DNA of 23,389 bases from a virus: IMG/VR virus record IMGVR_UViG_3300037307_000339; one strand, given 5' to 3'. The notes under the pieces were generated by a model. The model saw nothing but the letters and a program-made list of their open reading frames with translations, was not told the origin of the DNA and searched no databases. A program made the position numbers and the translations under genes. Below are positions 1 to 6,538 of this stretch, one piece after another (position 1 is the stretch's first letter; each line of letters starts with the position of its first letter).

Positions 1-105
1 TTCTGAATGGTGTCGTCCTTGAAACGTTCCTGGCATTCCTTTGAACCAAGGAGAAGGTGTCCCTTTCATTCCTTTGTTCCAAGGTGTTGATCCTTTCTTT
101 GCCAT
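1..105 (-). CDS. Partial CDS (first 35 codons, runs off the window start): homing-endonuclease-like protein with NUMOD3-type repeats
   Basis: ATG at 105..103, one nt after the TAG of the upstream ORF. Translation is MAKKGSTPWNKGMKGTPSPWFKGMPGTFQGRHHSE. The repeated PW(N/F)KG and the GRHHSE motif resemble DNA-binding modules of phage HNH/GIY-YIG homing endonucleases. The frame is open to the window edge. Confidence 0.45.
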   Translation of the reverse strand, partial: MAKKGSTPWNKGMKGTPSPWFKGMPGTFQGRHHSE

Positions 106-106
106 C

Positions 107-562
107 CTAATTCATGTCATTGTGAGATTCTGGTAAAAACGTTGGTGGCTCAAAATGCCATGGATTCTGACACGTTCTATAGGATGAGTCTCTCCAGTCA
201 TCCCATTGCCACCACCATAGTCCTATCACCGCAGGAATGGCAGCAGGACCACTGCCCAGTATGACACCCACATTCCAAAGTGCGGCGCTATAACCTATTC
301 CAGTCAATGCCCATAGCCCATTCGTGCAATACGGGTCAGGTAAGAACTTAACAGCTTGTGTCACGCCCAACTTAACCGCGAACATCTCAGGTATCGTTAG
401 GTGTGCCATAAGTGGATTGCCTTCACTGAACCCTTGCTGGAATGCCGCGTAGGTACTCAACACATCAGCACTTTGCCCTCTATCTGCTGTCGCACATCCT
501 GCTACAATTGCGGCGGCTAACAGTGCAGCGACAATCGATTTGTATCTTTTCTGTTGAATCAT
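107..562 (-). CDS. Membrane lipoprotein, 151 aa, function unknown
   Basis: RBS GAGGAAAT precedes the ATG at 562. The N-terminus MIQQKRYKSIVAALLAAAIVAGC has a basic n-region, a hydrophobic core and a lipobox-like VAGC. Gly/Trp-rich hydrophobic segments follow. Confidence 0.75.
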   Translation of the reverse strand: MIQQKRYKSIVAALLAAAIVAGCATADRGQSADVLSTYAAFQQGFSEGNPLMAHLTIPEMFAVKLGVTQAVKFLPDPYCTNGLWALTGIGYSAALWNVGVILGSGPAAIPAVIGLWWWQWDDWRDSSYRTCQNPWHFEPPTFLPESHNDMN

Positions 563-585
563 ATTTCCTCACAAAATGAGTTATG

Positions 586-915
586 TTATTTTGGACCGTG
601 CTTAACTTGCTCTTCAGGTGTACCTGGACGATCTTGGATTTCAGACTTATTAAAACCCGTATAGACAGGTTTGATTGTTGTCACTCTAACCCTCTTTTTA
701 GGGTTGACATGGGTGATAATATGAGCGCCGTTGCCATCGGTATCATGGCTAACGATGGTGTGTCCATTAGACTTTAGTACATTCTTATAGACAATAGCCA
801 TTTCGGTTGGAGTGCGGCGATGGTTTGAGGTGTAATTTGCTTCTGTTAGCATTTCCTCAGGATAATCATATGTTACAGTAGAAGTTTCTACGAGATACTC
901 GTCAAATGTTTTCAT
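586..915 (-). CDS. Hypothetical protein, 109 aa
   Basis: RBS GAGGAAACAACCA precedes the ATG at 915. The ORF is on the same strand as, and closely packed with, its neighbours. The opposing plus-strand ORF 583..777 has no RBS. Confidence 0.7.
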   Translation of the reverse strand: MKTFDEYLVETSTVTYDYPEEMLTEANYTSNHRRTPTEMAIVYKNVLKSNGHTIVSHDTDGNGAHIITHVNPKKRVRVTTIKPVYTGFNKSEIQDRPGTPEEQVKHGPK

Positions 916-958
916 TGGTTGTTTCCTCTATGCGGTTGAAGGATTATTGGTTACTTAT

Positions 959-1330
959 TTAACGATTGACATAGAAGATGTGTCCACCAATCTTTGTTGT
1001 AACCCTTTTATTCTTGAAGTTAGTAGTGTTTCGACAATTCCTAGAATGGAAGTATGTTGCTCCACCTGTGATGTCTTTTGAAGAGAGTGCTCTTCGAGCT
1101 ACCTCTTGTGCCACTTTCCAACTTTTATCTTTATCGCTAGGTATCTTAAATTTGTGTCTAGTCCAACTGAACTGTCCTTGTTTGAATACTTCGGTGCAGA
1201 TATCACTATAGTTCTGCTTGACTCGGTTGAGTGTAACATGCGCAACAGCGTATTGACCTTGTAGTGGCTCTCCTCTTGCTTCGTAGTAGATATTGAGCGC
1301 AAGGCAGAATAGGGCAGATTTGATAAGCAT
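959..1330 (-). CDS. Cell-wall hydrolase, SleB / Hydrolase_2-like, 123 aa
   Basis: Strong RBS AAGGAGGAGCCC precedes the ATG at 1330. The motif NIYYEARGEPLQGQYAVAHVTLNRVK...QFSW matches the conserved (Y)AEARGE...AVAxVxxNRV...QFS core of SleB-type cell-wall hydrolases. Confidence 0.85.
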   Translation of the reverse strand: MLIKSALFCLALNIYYEARGEPLQGQYAVAHVTLNRVKQNYSDICTEVFKQGQFSWTRHKFKIPSDKDKSWKVAQEVARRALSSKDITGGATYFHSRNCRNTTNFKNKRVTTKIGGHIFYVNR

Positions 1331-1496
1331 GGGCTCCTCCTTTCCATAGGAGCAGCCTATCTTGTTTTGATGTAGTCATCGACCACTCCTATATTTTACT
1401 TTATCCGTTACAGGAGGTTAGAATACGGATTAGAGCAATTTTTAAGATGACACCTCTTTGCTTCAGCGGTAAGCAGTGAGATGAGCTTTATAAAAT

Positions 1497-1570
1497 TGGT
1501 GCCAATCAGAAGAATCGAACTTCTATTTGACATTTATCGGTCGTCTGTTCTACCGTTGAACTAGATTGGC
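1497..1570 (-). tRNA. tRNA, probably Ile(GAU), with atypical C33; CCA encoded
   Basis: Minus strand reads GCCAATC TA GTTC AACGGTA GAAC A GACGA CCGATAA ATGTC AAAT AGAAG TTCGATT CTTCT GATTGGC A CCA. The acceptor stem is a perfect 7 bp and the D and T arms are good. The anticodon stem has an A:A mismatch, and the loop CCGAUAA has C where U33 is expected. Confidence 0.65.
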
Positions 1571-1751
1571 CATGTGTTCCTTAGTAATCTGATGCTTTAA
1601 CAATACGCACAACAAGACAGCATTTTGAGCTATAACTGATTGAGACTTTTGCGCACTCACTCATCATTGAGGTCGGTACTCTCCATAAGGTTCAAAGCGA
1701 GTTGCAAGATGAGACGGTCACGTTGTTTCTTAAATCTTTCAGATTTAGTGC

Positions 1752-1895
1752 TTATCGACCCTGACCCCTATACGGCTTCTTGATGCGTTTGTCATTCTTC
1801 GTCTTGTAGCGAGTATTCTTACTTGCGCCGTCACTTGTCTTCTTTGGAACGGATTCTTTCTTCACATTCGCAACTTGTGTTTTCGCTTTAGCCAT
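1752..1895 (-). CDS. Small, highly basic protein, 47 aa (below the ORF-track cutoff)
   Basis: RBS GAGGAGACGAG precedes the ATG at 1895 and the stop TAA is at 1754..1752. Translation is MAKAKTQVANVKKESVPKKTSDGASKNTRYKTKNDKRIKKPYRGQGR. Confidence 0.55.
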   Translation of the reverse strand: MAKAKTQVANVKKESVPKKTSDGASKNTRYKTKNDKRIKKPYRGQGR

Positions 1896-1941
1896 CTCGT
1901 CTCCTCATTCAGGTTGTTAGTCTACAATCTTGCCCACTTTC

Positions 1942-2026
1942 TCAAGCGCGGAGGAATCGAACCCCTGACATCAACTTAAAATGATTGGGCACGGTGAAGT
2001 ATTTGCTAGGTTTCAGTGACCATCGC
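1942..2026 (-). pseudogene. tRNA-derived remnant (recognisable T arm, no intact cloverleaf)
   Basis: The minus strand contains AGGGG TTCGATT CCTCC followed by GCGCTTG A. No complementary 5' acceptor strand and no regular anticodon arm could be built. The best hairpin is ATCA/TGAT with the 8-nt loop TTTTAAGT. Confidence 0.3.
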
Positions 2027-2080
2027 TTTCCATTCTCCGTTTACTATCCACACCCAACCGTCGGCATTCTTATTTATTAG

Positions 2081-2153
2081 TGAGATGTACTGGAATCGAA
2101 CCCGCAACCCCAACCCTGTCGAAGTTGCGCTCTACCAAGTAAGCTAACGACTT
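2081..2153 (-). pseudogene. Degenerate tRNA (Val-GAC-like geometry, decayed acceptor and T stems)
   Basis: The 73-nt minus-strand parse has standard spacing: AAGTCGT TA GCTT ACTTGGTA GAGC G CAACT TCGACAG GGTTG GGGTT GCGGG TTCGATT CCAGT ACATCTC A. The D and anticodon stems pair. Only 4 of 7 acceptor pairs form, the T stem has a G:A mismatch, and position 33 is again C. Confidence 0.4.
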
Positions 2154-2257
2154 AAAACACTACTCGGTAGCACCGAGAAAAGTCGATAATCATCACTCAC
2201 CTGTTGTATAAGCGATGAAAGGAACGGGTATGACGGGGTTTGCTTACGTTGTGACCA

Positions 2258-2286
2258 CCGTATGATACACGATGAGAGGATGTCAA
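2258..2286 (-). promoter_or_regulatory. Degenerate copy of the repeated promoter/leader cassette
   Basis: Minus strand reads TTGACA (2286..2281), a 17-nt spacer, then ATACGG, followed by GTGGTCACAACGTAAGCAAAC. The -35 hexamer and leader match the family, but the -10 hexamer is decayed. It sits upstream of the degenerate tRNAs. Confidence 0.35.
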
Positions 2287-2480
2287 GCCTTATTTTGGAA
2301 AATTTTACCTTCAGGTAGGGCGTATGCAAGCTCGCCATCGATTCTCAAGGGAGCATAATACTTATCGACTTTGGGGCTGGTGACATCGATTACAACAGGA
2401 ATCTTATATCCGTTGAACACGATATGGGGAATAAACCCCTCAGATGTCATCGTTCCATTTTTGCACGTGGTCTCACTCAT
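2283..2480 (-). CDS. Hypothetical protein, 65 aa
   Basis: RBS AAAGAGGTTATAACA precedes the ATG at 2480. The stop overlaps the -35 hexamer of the downstream promoter copy. Confidence 0.65.
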   Translation of the reverse strand: MSETTCKNGTMTSEGFIPHIVFNGYKIPVVIDVTSPKVDKYYAPLRIDGELAYALPEGKIFQNKA

Positions 2481-2599
2481 TGTTATAACCTCTTTATAAA
2501 GTGGTGCCCATAAGCTAAAGGGGAAAAATGCAAAGTAGTCCTTGTGGATTCGATCTACTAGTCAATCCTATCGCCTGCCAAGGACTTCTTTGCGGTTGT

Positions 2600-2719
2600 C
2601 TATTGCGCTAATGCTTCTATAGCCTGCTCAACTGTTTTGAACACAAACTGAACGCCAGCTTGAGTGGCAATGACTTTGTTAGGCAGAATAGTGATAGTAA
2701 AGCCGTTGAAACGGAACAT
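2600..2719 (-). CDS. Small hypothetical protein, 39 aa (below the ORF-track cutoff)
   Basis: Strong RBS AGGAGGTGCTT precedes the ATG at 2719, 14 nt after the stop of 2734..3030. Translation is MFRFNGFTITILPNKVIATQAGVQFVFKTVEQAIEALAQ, with TAG at 2602..2600. Confidence 0.55.
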   Translation of the reverse strand: MFRFNGFTITILPNKVIATQAGVQFVFKTVEQAIEALAQ

Positions 2720-2733
2720 AAGCACCTCCTGGT

Positions 2734-3030
2734 CTACAATGAAGTAAAGAGACCCGTATAAAGTGTGAACATATCTTGCAGTTGCTCGACATAGACTCCC
2801 GTCACCCTAGTTGCAGTCTGCGGAAGCTGTCTGACCATTTTGACAAAATCGATACTATAGGTGTCGTTCTCGTCAAGGGTTACTCGCACCCACCGGATGC
2901 CCTTAGCGTTGCGCGGCAATGTCATTGACAGTGAGGTTGGATCATAGCTAATGTTTTTGGCTCCCGTCATTACAAGGAACCGATTACCACCGAGTTGGGC
3001 TAAGATGGTCGCCGCACACTTAGAAATCAT
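2734..3030 (-). CDS. Hypothetical protein, 98 aa; paralog of 5219..5503
   Basis: RBS AGGAGCAAGCAAG precedes the ATG at 3030. It is the first gene after the promoter at 3065..3092. It aligns by eye with the 5219..5503 product. Confidence 0.75.
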   Translation of the reverse strand: MISKCAATILAQLGGNRFLVMTGAKNISYDPTSLSMTLPRNAKGIRWVRVTLDENDTYSIDFVKMVRQLPQTATRVTGVYVEQLQDMFTLYTGLFTSL

Positions 3031-3064
3031 CTTGCTTGCTCCTGTTTACTAACTTTGTGACTAT

Positions 3065-3092
3065 AGTATAGCACACTTCGAGTGGATGTCAA
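3065..3092 (-). promoter_or_regulatory. Strong sigma70-type promoter (TTGACA-16-TATACT with TGn and an upstream A-tract)
   Basis: Minus strand reads AAAAAAAAGC TTGACA TCCACTCGAAGTGTGC TATACT ATAGTCACAAAGTTAGTAAAC. The A-tract lies at 3094..3102. Confidence 0.75.
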
Positions 3093-3123
3093 GCTTTTTT
3101 TTGAACTGGCCCAAAAAATATTT

Positions 3124-3381
3124 TCACAACGCTGTGACATTCTTGTCCAAAAAATAATATCGGTCGTTGTATTCGTTTTTGAGTACGAACTTTTTTACAA
3201 GTCCCTGCATTGCTTTCGCAAAAGCAATCTCCGTCATCAGTGGAACATTATCTAACCTTTGCTGGTTAATCACTTTGCTGTACAGCCAGTAAAAATTGAA
3301 AGGAAGGTGCGGATCAGGCAACTCTTCCTTGTTTTTTAGATGCTGATATATAGTGTACTCATTGATTGAGAAACTTAGCAT
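3124..3381 (-). CDS. Hypothetical protein, 85 aa
   Basis: ATG at 3381, 12 nt after the stop of 3394..4548. The RBS is weak, so translational coupling is likely. It is the last gene before the next promoter. Confidence 0.6.
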   Translation of the reverse strand: MLSFSINEYTIYQHLKNKEELPDPHLPFNFYWLYSKVINQQRLDNVPLMTEIAFAKAMQGLVKKFVLKNEYNDRYYFLDKNVTAL

Positions 3382-3393
3382 AGCATTAGTCTT

Positions 3394-4548
3394 TTACTCT
3401 GCCGCCCCCTTGAGAGAGGAAATCACAGGAGTGCTTTCAGGCTTAATCCTGTGCCTTAAGAATGTCGTAACCGTACCCGTCATAGGATGCTTGTGTTGGA
3501 ACTCGATAGAATTGTTGCCCGACTTCTTTACAGTGATATTCTGGTGGTCATTAAGGATATGGTCGTGATGAGTCTCTGGGTGCTCTATTGTGACAGAGTT
3601 GTTGTTTCCAGTACCGCCAGTGGTAACCTTGTACATCGGTGTCTTGGTTGGTGTGGCACGTAATAGATTCTTGCGAATATGGTCACTGAGTGCTTTGCTG
3701 TCCATACCTTGCAGTTTTTCATACCACTCGTCTCTGATCTTGCCAATCGCTTTAACGCTTATCTCTTCAGCAGATTTCCTAATCATCTCATTTTTAGGAT
3801 GCTTGATGATTGTATTTTGTTCAGATCGTGTCTTTCCTTTAAGTTCTGAGTGTCTGTTCTCTAACTCTTTGCGGGCATTCTCGTAATGGTCTTCGTGAGT
3901 AGCGTCGTCTCCACTACGTTTGATTCCCAATTGCTCATCCGTTTGTTTGGCACCAGGATTACTGACAGAAACATGACCATGCTTCTTCTGTGCGACTTTC
4001 AACGAATAGCCAACATGCTTGTTATTGCCTGCCTTGTCTTTGTAGCGAACCATGATATCAGCGGGGTTCTCTTGCTGTGACTCTTCGTGACCCGATACTC
4101 TTTTGATGTCACCAGGTTTAGAGGTCCAATGAGTTTGCCCACCCGTCTTAAGATGCTCTCTGTCTACATCGTTCTGACTGGATACATGACGATGAATGGC
4201 TTGTGCTGTTGCAACGGCAAGATTGTGAGCATTGTGATATTCAGGTGAATTGACCCCTCCAATCTTCTCTACAATCTTGTCGTGTTGCTCTTTGGCTGCG
4301 GGAGACATATGGTGACCGTGCTCGCTGTTATGACTCCAAAGCCTATTCAGCTCACGTCCTACGAGATGCTCGTGGATCACGCCTTTATCGTTAGATGAAA
4401 GCCTGCTTTCTTTGTCATCCTCATTTAAAATGAAATTTTTGAATGATATCATTGAATTGTCCTCTACAAAATGGTGGTTTGTTATACTATTTATCCAATC
4501 GTAGACGGACATTCTCTTTGCAAAGTTATGTCTAGACCTATAGTCCAT
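3394..4548 (-). CDS. Histidine-rich hypothetical protein (384 aa from the first ATG; 352 aa from ATG 4452)
   Basis: This is the longest ORF in the area. The internal ATG at 4452 has the best RBS (GAGGACAATTCA). By eye about 1 residue in 10 is His (for example SEHGHHM, KKHGHV, HPETHHDHILNDHQ). A possible D...SLK nuclease-like motif (PADIMVRYKDKAGNNKHVGYSLKV) is only suggestive. Confidence 0.75.
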   Translation of the reverse strand: MDYRSRHNFAKRMSVYDWINSITNHHFVEDNSMISFKNFILNEDDKESRLSSNDKGVIHEHLVGRELNRLWSHNSEHGHHMSPAAKEQHDKIVEKIGGVNSPEYHNAHNLAVATAQAIHRHVSSQNDVDREHLKTGGQTHWTSKPGDIKRVSGHEESQQENPADIMVRYKDKAGNNKHVGYSLKVAQKKHGHVSVSNPGAKQTDEQLGIKRSGDDATHEDHYENARKELENRHSELKGKTRSEQNTIIKHPKNEMIRKSAEEISVKAIGKIRDEWYEKLQGMDSKALSDHIRKNLLRATPTKTPMYKVTTGGTGNNNSVTIEHPETHHDHILNDHQNITVKKSGNNSIEFQHKHPMTGTVTTFLRHRIKPESTPVISSLKGAAE

Positions 4549-4687
4549 TCCACATTCCCTTCATCACGTTCGAGAAACGCTTTGAAGGTTTAGAGAGGCT
4601 TTTTGATGGATGTCTGACAAATTGATAAGTTGTTACGGGTTTTAAATTGCAGTCAAATGTAGACCTATCGAGCATTCAGACATGTTT

Positions 4688-4763
4688 TGGTGCCGCTAGG
4701 AGGAATCGAACCCCCGACCTTCTCATTACAAGTGAGCTGCTCTACCGTCTGAGCTATGGCGGC
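4688..4763 (-). tRNA. tRNA-Thr(UGU), CCA encoded
   Basis: Minus strand reads GCCGCCA TA GCTC AGACGGTA GAGC A GCTCA CTTGTAA TGAGA AGGTC GGGGG TTCGATT CCTCC TAGCGGC A CCA. Confidence 0.9.
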
Positions 4764-4791
4764 AATAATCGGATATAGTATCGCATGAGAT

Positions 4792-4866
4792 TGGCATCCC
4801 AGGAAGGATTTGAACCCTCGTTGCATGGTTTTGGAGACCCGCATCGTACCGCTAGACTACTGAGAT
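4792..4866 (-). tRNA. tRNA-Trp(CCA), CCA encoded
   Basis: Minus strand reads ATCTCAG TA GTCT AGCGGTA CGAT G CGGGT CTCCAAA ACCAT GCAAC GAGGG TTCAAAT CCTTC CTGGGAT G CCA. The acceptor and T arms are good. The anticodon stem has only 3 pairs. Confidence 0.8.
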
Positions 4867-4872
4867 GTTGTT

Positions 4873-4950
4873 TGGCTGAGGGGGTGGGAATCGAACCCAC
4901 CTCTATCCTAATTAACAGTCAGGCGCACTCACCTTGAGTGCTACCCCTCA
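4873..4950 (-). tRNA. tRNA-Asn(GUU), CCA encoded
   Basis: Minus strand reads TGAGGGG TA GCAC TCAAGGTGA GTGC G CCTGA CTGTTAA TTAGG ATAGAG GTGGG TTCGATT CCCAC CCCCTCA G CCA. Confidence 0.9.
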
Positions 4951-4956
4951 ATAAAT

Positions 4957-5032
4957 TGGTCTCCATGGCAGGATTTGAACCTGCGTCCCCGCGCCCCAAA
5001 CGCGGTGCTAAACCAAGCTCAGCTACACAGAG
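4957..5032 (-). tRNA. tRNA-Pro(UGG), CCA encoded
   Basis: The acceptor is CTCTGTG/CATGGAG. The anticodon arm CCGCG TTTGGGG CGCGG is perfect. The T arm is GCAGG TTCAAAT CCTGC. Confidence 0.9.
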
Positions 5033-5042
5033 ATTGATAGGG

Positions 5043-5114
5043 TGCTTCCCTTAATTTCGATCCAAGCTCTGCGGATTTTCAGTCCGCTGCTTTTACCAAA
5101 TTAGCTTAAAAGGC
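5043..5114 (-). tRNA. tRNA-Phe(GAA), no encoded CCA
   Basis: The anticodon arm GCGGA CTGAAAA TCCGC is perfect. The D arm is GCT AATTTGGTAAA AGC. The T arm is short and unusual (TTGG ATCGAAA TTAA). The acceptor GCCTTTT/GGGAAGC has G:U pairs and one mismatch. Confidence 0.75.
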
Positions 5115-5124
5115 TCATCGTGGG

Positions 5125-5209
5125 TGGGTGCCCTAGGATTTGAACCTAGAGGGGACTGAGCCTACGGTTTTATAGACCGCCCCTGCTACTGTTACGAGAC
5201 TAGACACCC
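5125..5209 (-). tRNA. Long-variable-arm (class II-like) tRNA with anticodon loop CUAUAAA, formally Tyr(AUA); atypical D region
   Basis: The acceptor is GGGTGTC/GGCACCC, the T arm is CTAGG TTCAAAT CCTAG and the anticodon arm is GCGGT CTATAAA ACCGT. A 14-nt variable region is present. I could not build a canonical D stem or find a GG D-loop motif. No CCA is encoded. Confidence 0.55.
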
Positions 5210-5218
5210 AGGGTGTGT

Positions 5219-5503
5219 TTAAGTTAACATCAAAAACTTACCCGTTATGCTGTTCACTTTGGCTTCGAGATCGTTAGCAACAATGATGCTGCTAGGCTCG
5301 ATCTTGTGGTGACGAGTGCGCGTAAACTCTTCGACCTGGAAGTTACCATCGTCTGTAAGTATTATCCGAATCCTCACGATGCCATTTTGGTTTGGTTTCA
5401 TCAGCATTAGCATACTAGATTGTCCGTAAGCGATACTCTTAACGCCTGCCAAAAACTTTTCGCCGAGAAGAACTTTAGTAGTCGCGATTACGGTGTGCTT
5501 CAT
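5219..5503 (-). CDS. Hypothetical protein, 94 aa; paralog of 2734..3030
   Basis: RBS GAGGAAAGCAAT precedes the ATG at 5503. The track start at 5548 lies upstream of the promoter -10 hexamer (5539..5544), so I reject it. The product aligns with 2734..3030 (L.G.(K/R)FL...(V/A)K.I.Y...GI..(I/V)R(I/V).L.D). Confidence 0.7.
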   Translation of the reverse strand: MKHTVIATTKVLLGEKFLAGVKSIAYGQSSMLMLMKPNQNGIVRIRIILTDDGNFQVEEFTRTRHHKIEPSSIIVANDLEAKVNSITGKFLMLT

Positions 5504-5538
5504 ATTGCTTTCCTCATTGCTTGTTTTACTGTGCGCAT

Positions 5539-5547
5539 AGTATAACA
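5539..5547 (-). promoter_or_regulatory. Extended -10 promoter (TGT TATACT), no clear -35
   Basis: Minus strand reads AAAAAGTGTGT TATACT ATGCGCACAGTAAAACAAGC. The -10 hexamer and the following ATGCGCA match the promoter at 19353..19381. Confidence 0.5.
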
Positions 5548-6001
5548 CACTTTTTGAAAGTATTTTGGGATCTAGGATGATGTCGCTGCGTCGTTTTTTA
5601 TTTGCAGCCCTTCTGTTGGTTGTAGGTTACGGTTATCCTACTCCACCTTTTCGTAGTGGACGCCAAGTGACTTGCGGCGATGCGAGTGACCTCGTCTCGT
5701 TTGTGTAGCCCGCAGGCTCCGCATCGTCGTCTAGGCTCTGCCGCTAACTTCGTCACTCTCTGTGGAGAGCAAGTCACTCCTTTGAAAACGCTTACGGTAT
5801 AGTCAGGAACAAGTTAGTGTTCGGGTGAACCCTACTAACCTATTATCTCGCCCTCTAGGGTGGTATCAGCACCCTTTAACGTCGGCGTTCAGTCCCGACG
5901 GGTTGCTATCGAGTAGCCACTATCTGTCCGTTAGTGGCATTAAACACAGCCACGTTGACTTTCATCTCAACATACAGGATTGCAGCGTTGTAACCTTTAA
6001 G

Positions 6002-6292
6002 TCAGTCGCTAAAGGGGATGCCGTACATATCTTCGAGGTCGTCAGACGTAAGCGGGTGCGGCACGCTAGGGTTAGCTGACCCCATCCCGCCCAAACCGTA
6101 CATAGGATAGTAGTCGTCCTCATCGGGTTCGGGCACTTGAACGGTGACCAAATCTGACTTCTTGAAGATGAATTCTTGTCTAGGCATTAGCGATGTTGCT
6201 CTGATCTCTGAATCCTTTCGCATCACCCTACCACCCCATTCAAAATCCTTTCCTGGCTCTACCTCTCTAAATGGTACTCGTTTTGATGCCAT
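6002..6292 (-). CDS. Hypothetical acidic protein, 96 aa
   Basis: RBS GAGGACACACGC precedes the ATG at 6292, which follows the stop of 6303..6533. Confidence 0.7.
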   Translation of the reverse strand: MASKRVPFREVEPGKDFEWGGRVMRKDSEIRATSLMPRQEFIFKKSDLVTVQVPEPDEDDYYPMYGLGGMGSANPSVPHPLTSDDLEDMYGIPFSD

Positions 6293-6302
6293 GCGTGTGT
6301 CC

Positions 6303-6533
6303 TCAGAATGCTCTACTGCTTGCTTGTGTGACGATACTGCCTATAAGACGATTCTTGAGCATCATAGTCGCTTCAAAAATCTCCTGACCAGTCTGACAAT
6401 AAACAGGACCTTCGGTTGCGTATACAGTTCCGTGGTTGCCAACCACACTAACCGTCACTGCGGTTCTCGGTACGATTTGATTAGACTCCTTGTCCCACAC
6501 TAACGATTTCTCAGCGTTGACTTGAATGCCCAT
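6303..6533 (-). CDS. Hypothetical protein, 76 aa
   Basis: ATG at 6533, 5 nt after the stop of the upstream ORF. It is in-operon and its RBS is weak. Confidence 0.6.
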   Translation of the reverse strand: MGIQVNAEKSLVWDKESNQIVPRTAVTVSVVGNHGTVYATEGPVYCQTGQEIFEATMMLKNRLIGSIVTQASSRAF

Positions 6534-6538
6534 GATAG

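Noticed and set aside
1099-1347. 82-aa ORF overlapping the SleB-like hydrolase in another frame
   Set aside because: The 959..1330 frame carries a strong family motif and a perfect RBS. The alternative frame has neither.
1942-2153. tRNA fragments as attachment-site scars of an integrated element
   Set aside because: No integrase, recombinase or direct repeat of the fragment ends is visible in the window. Decay within a phage tRNA array is the simpler reading.
2490-2570. tRNA-like ends (GGGCACCA on the minus strand at about 2503..2512; a GTGG ATTCGAT CTAC hairpin on the plus strand)
   Set aside because: No cloverleaf could be assembled on either strand. The sequence serves as the 5' UTR and RBS of 2283..2480.
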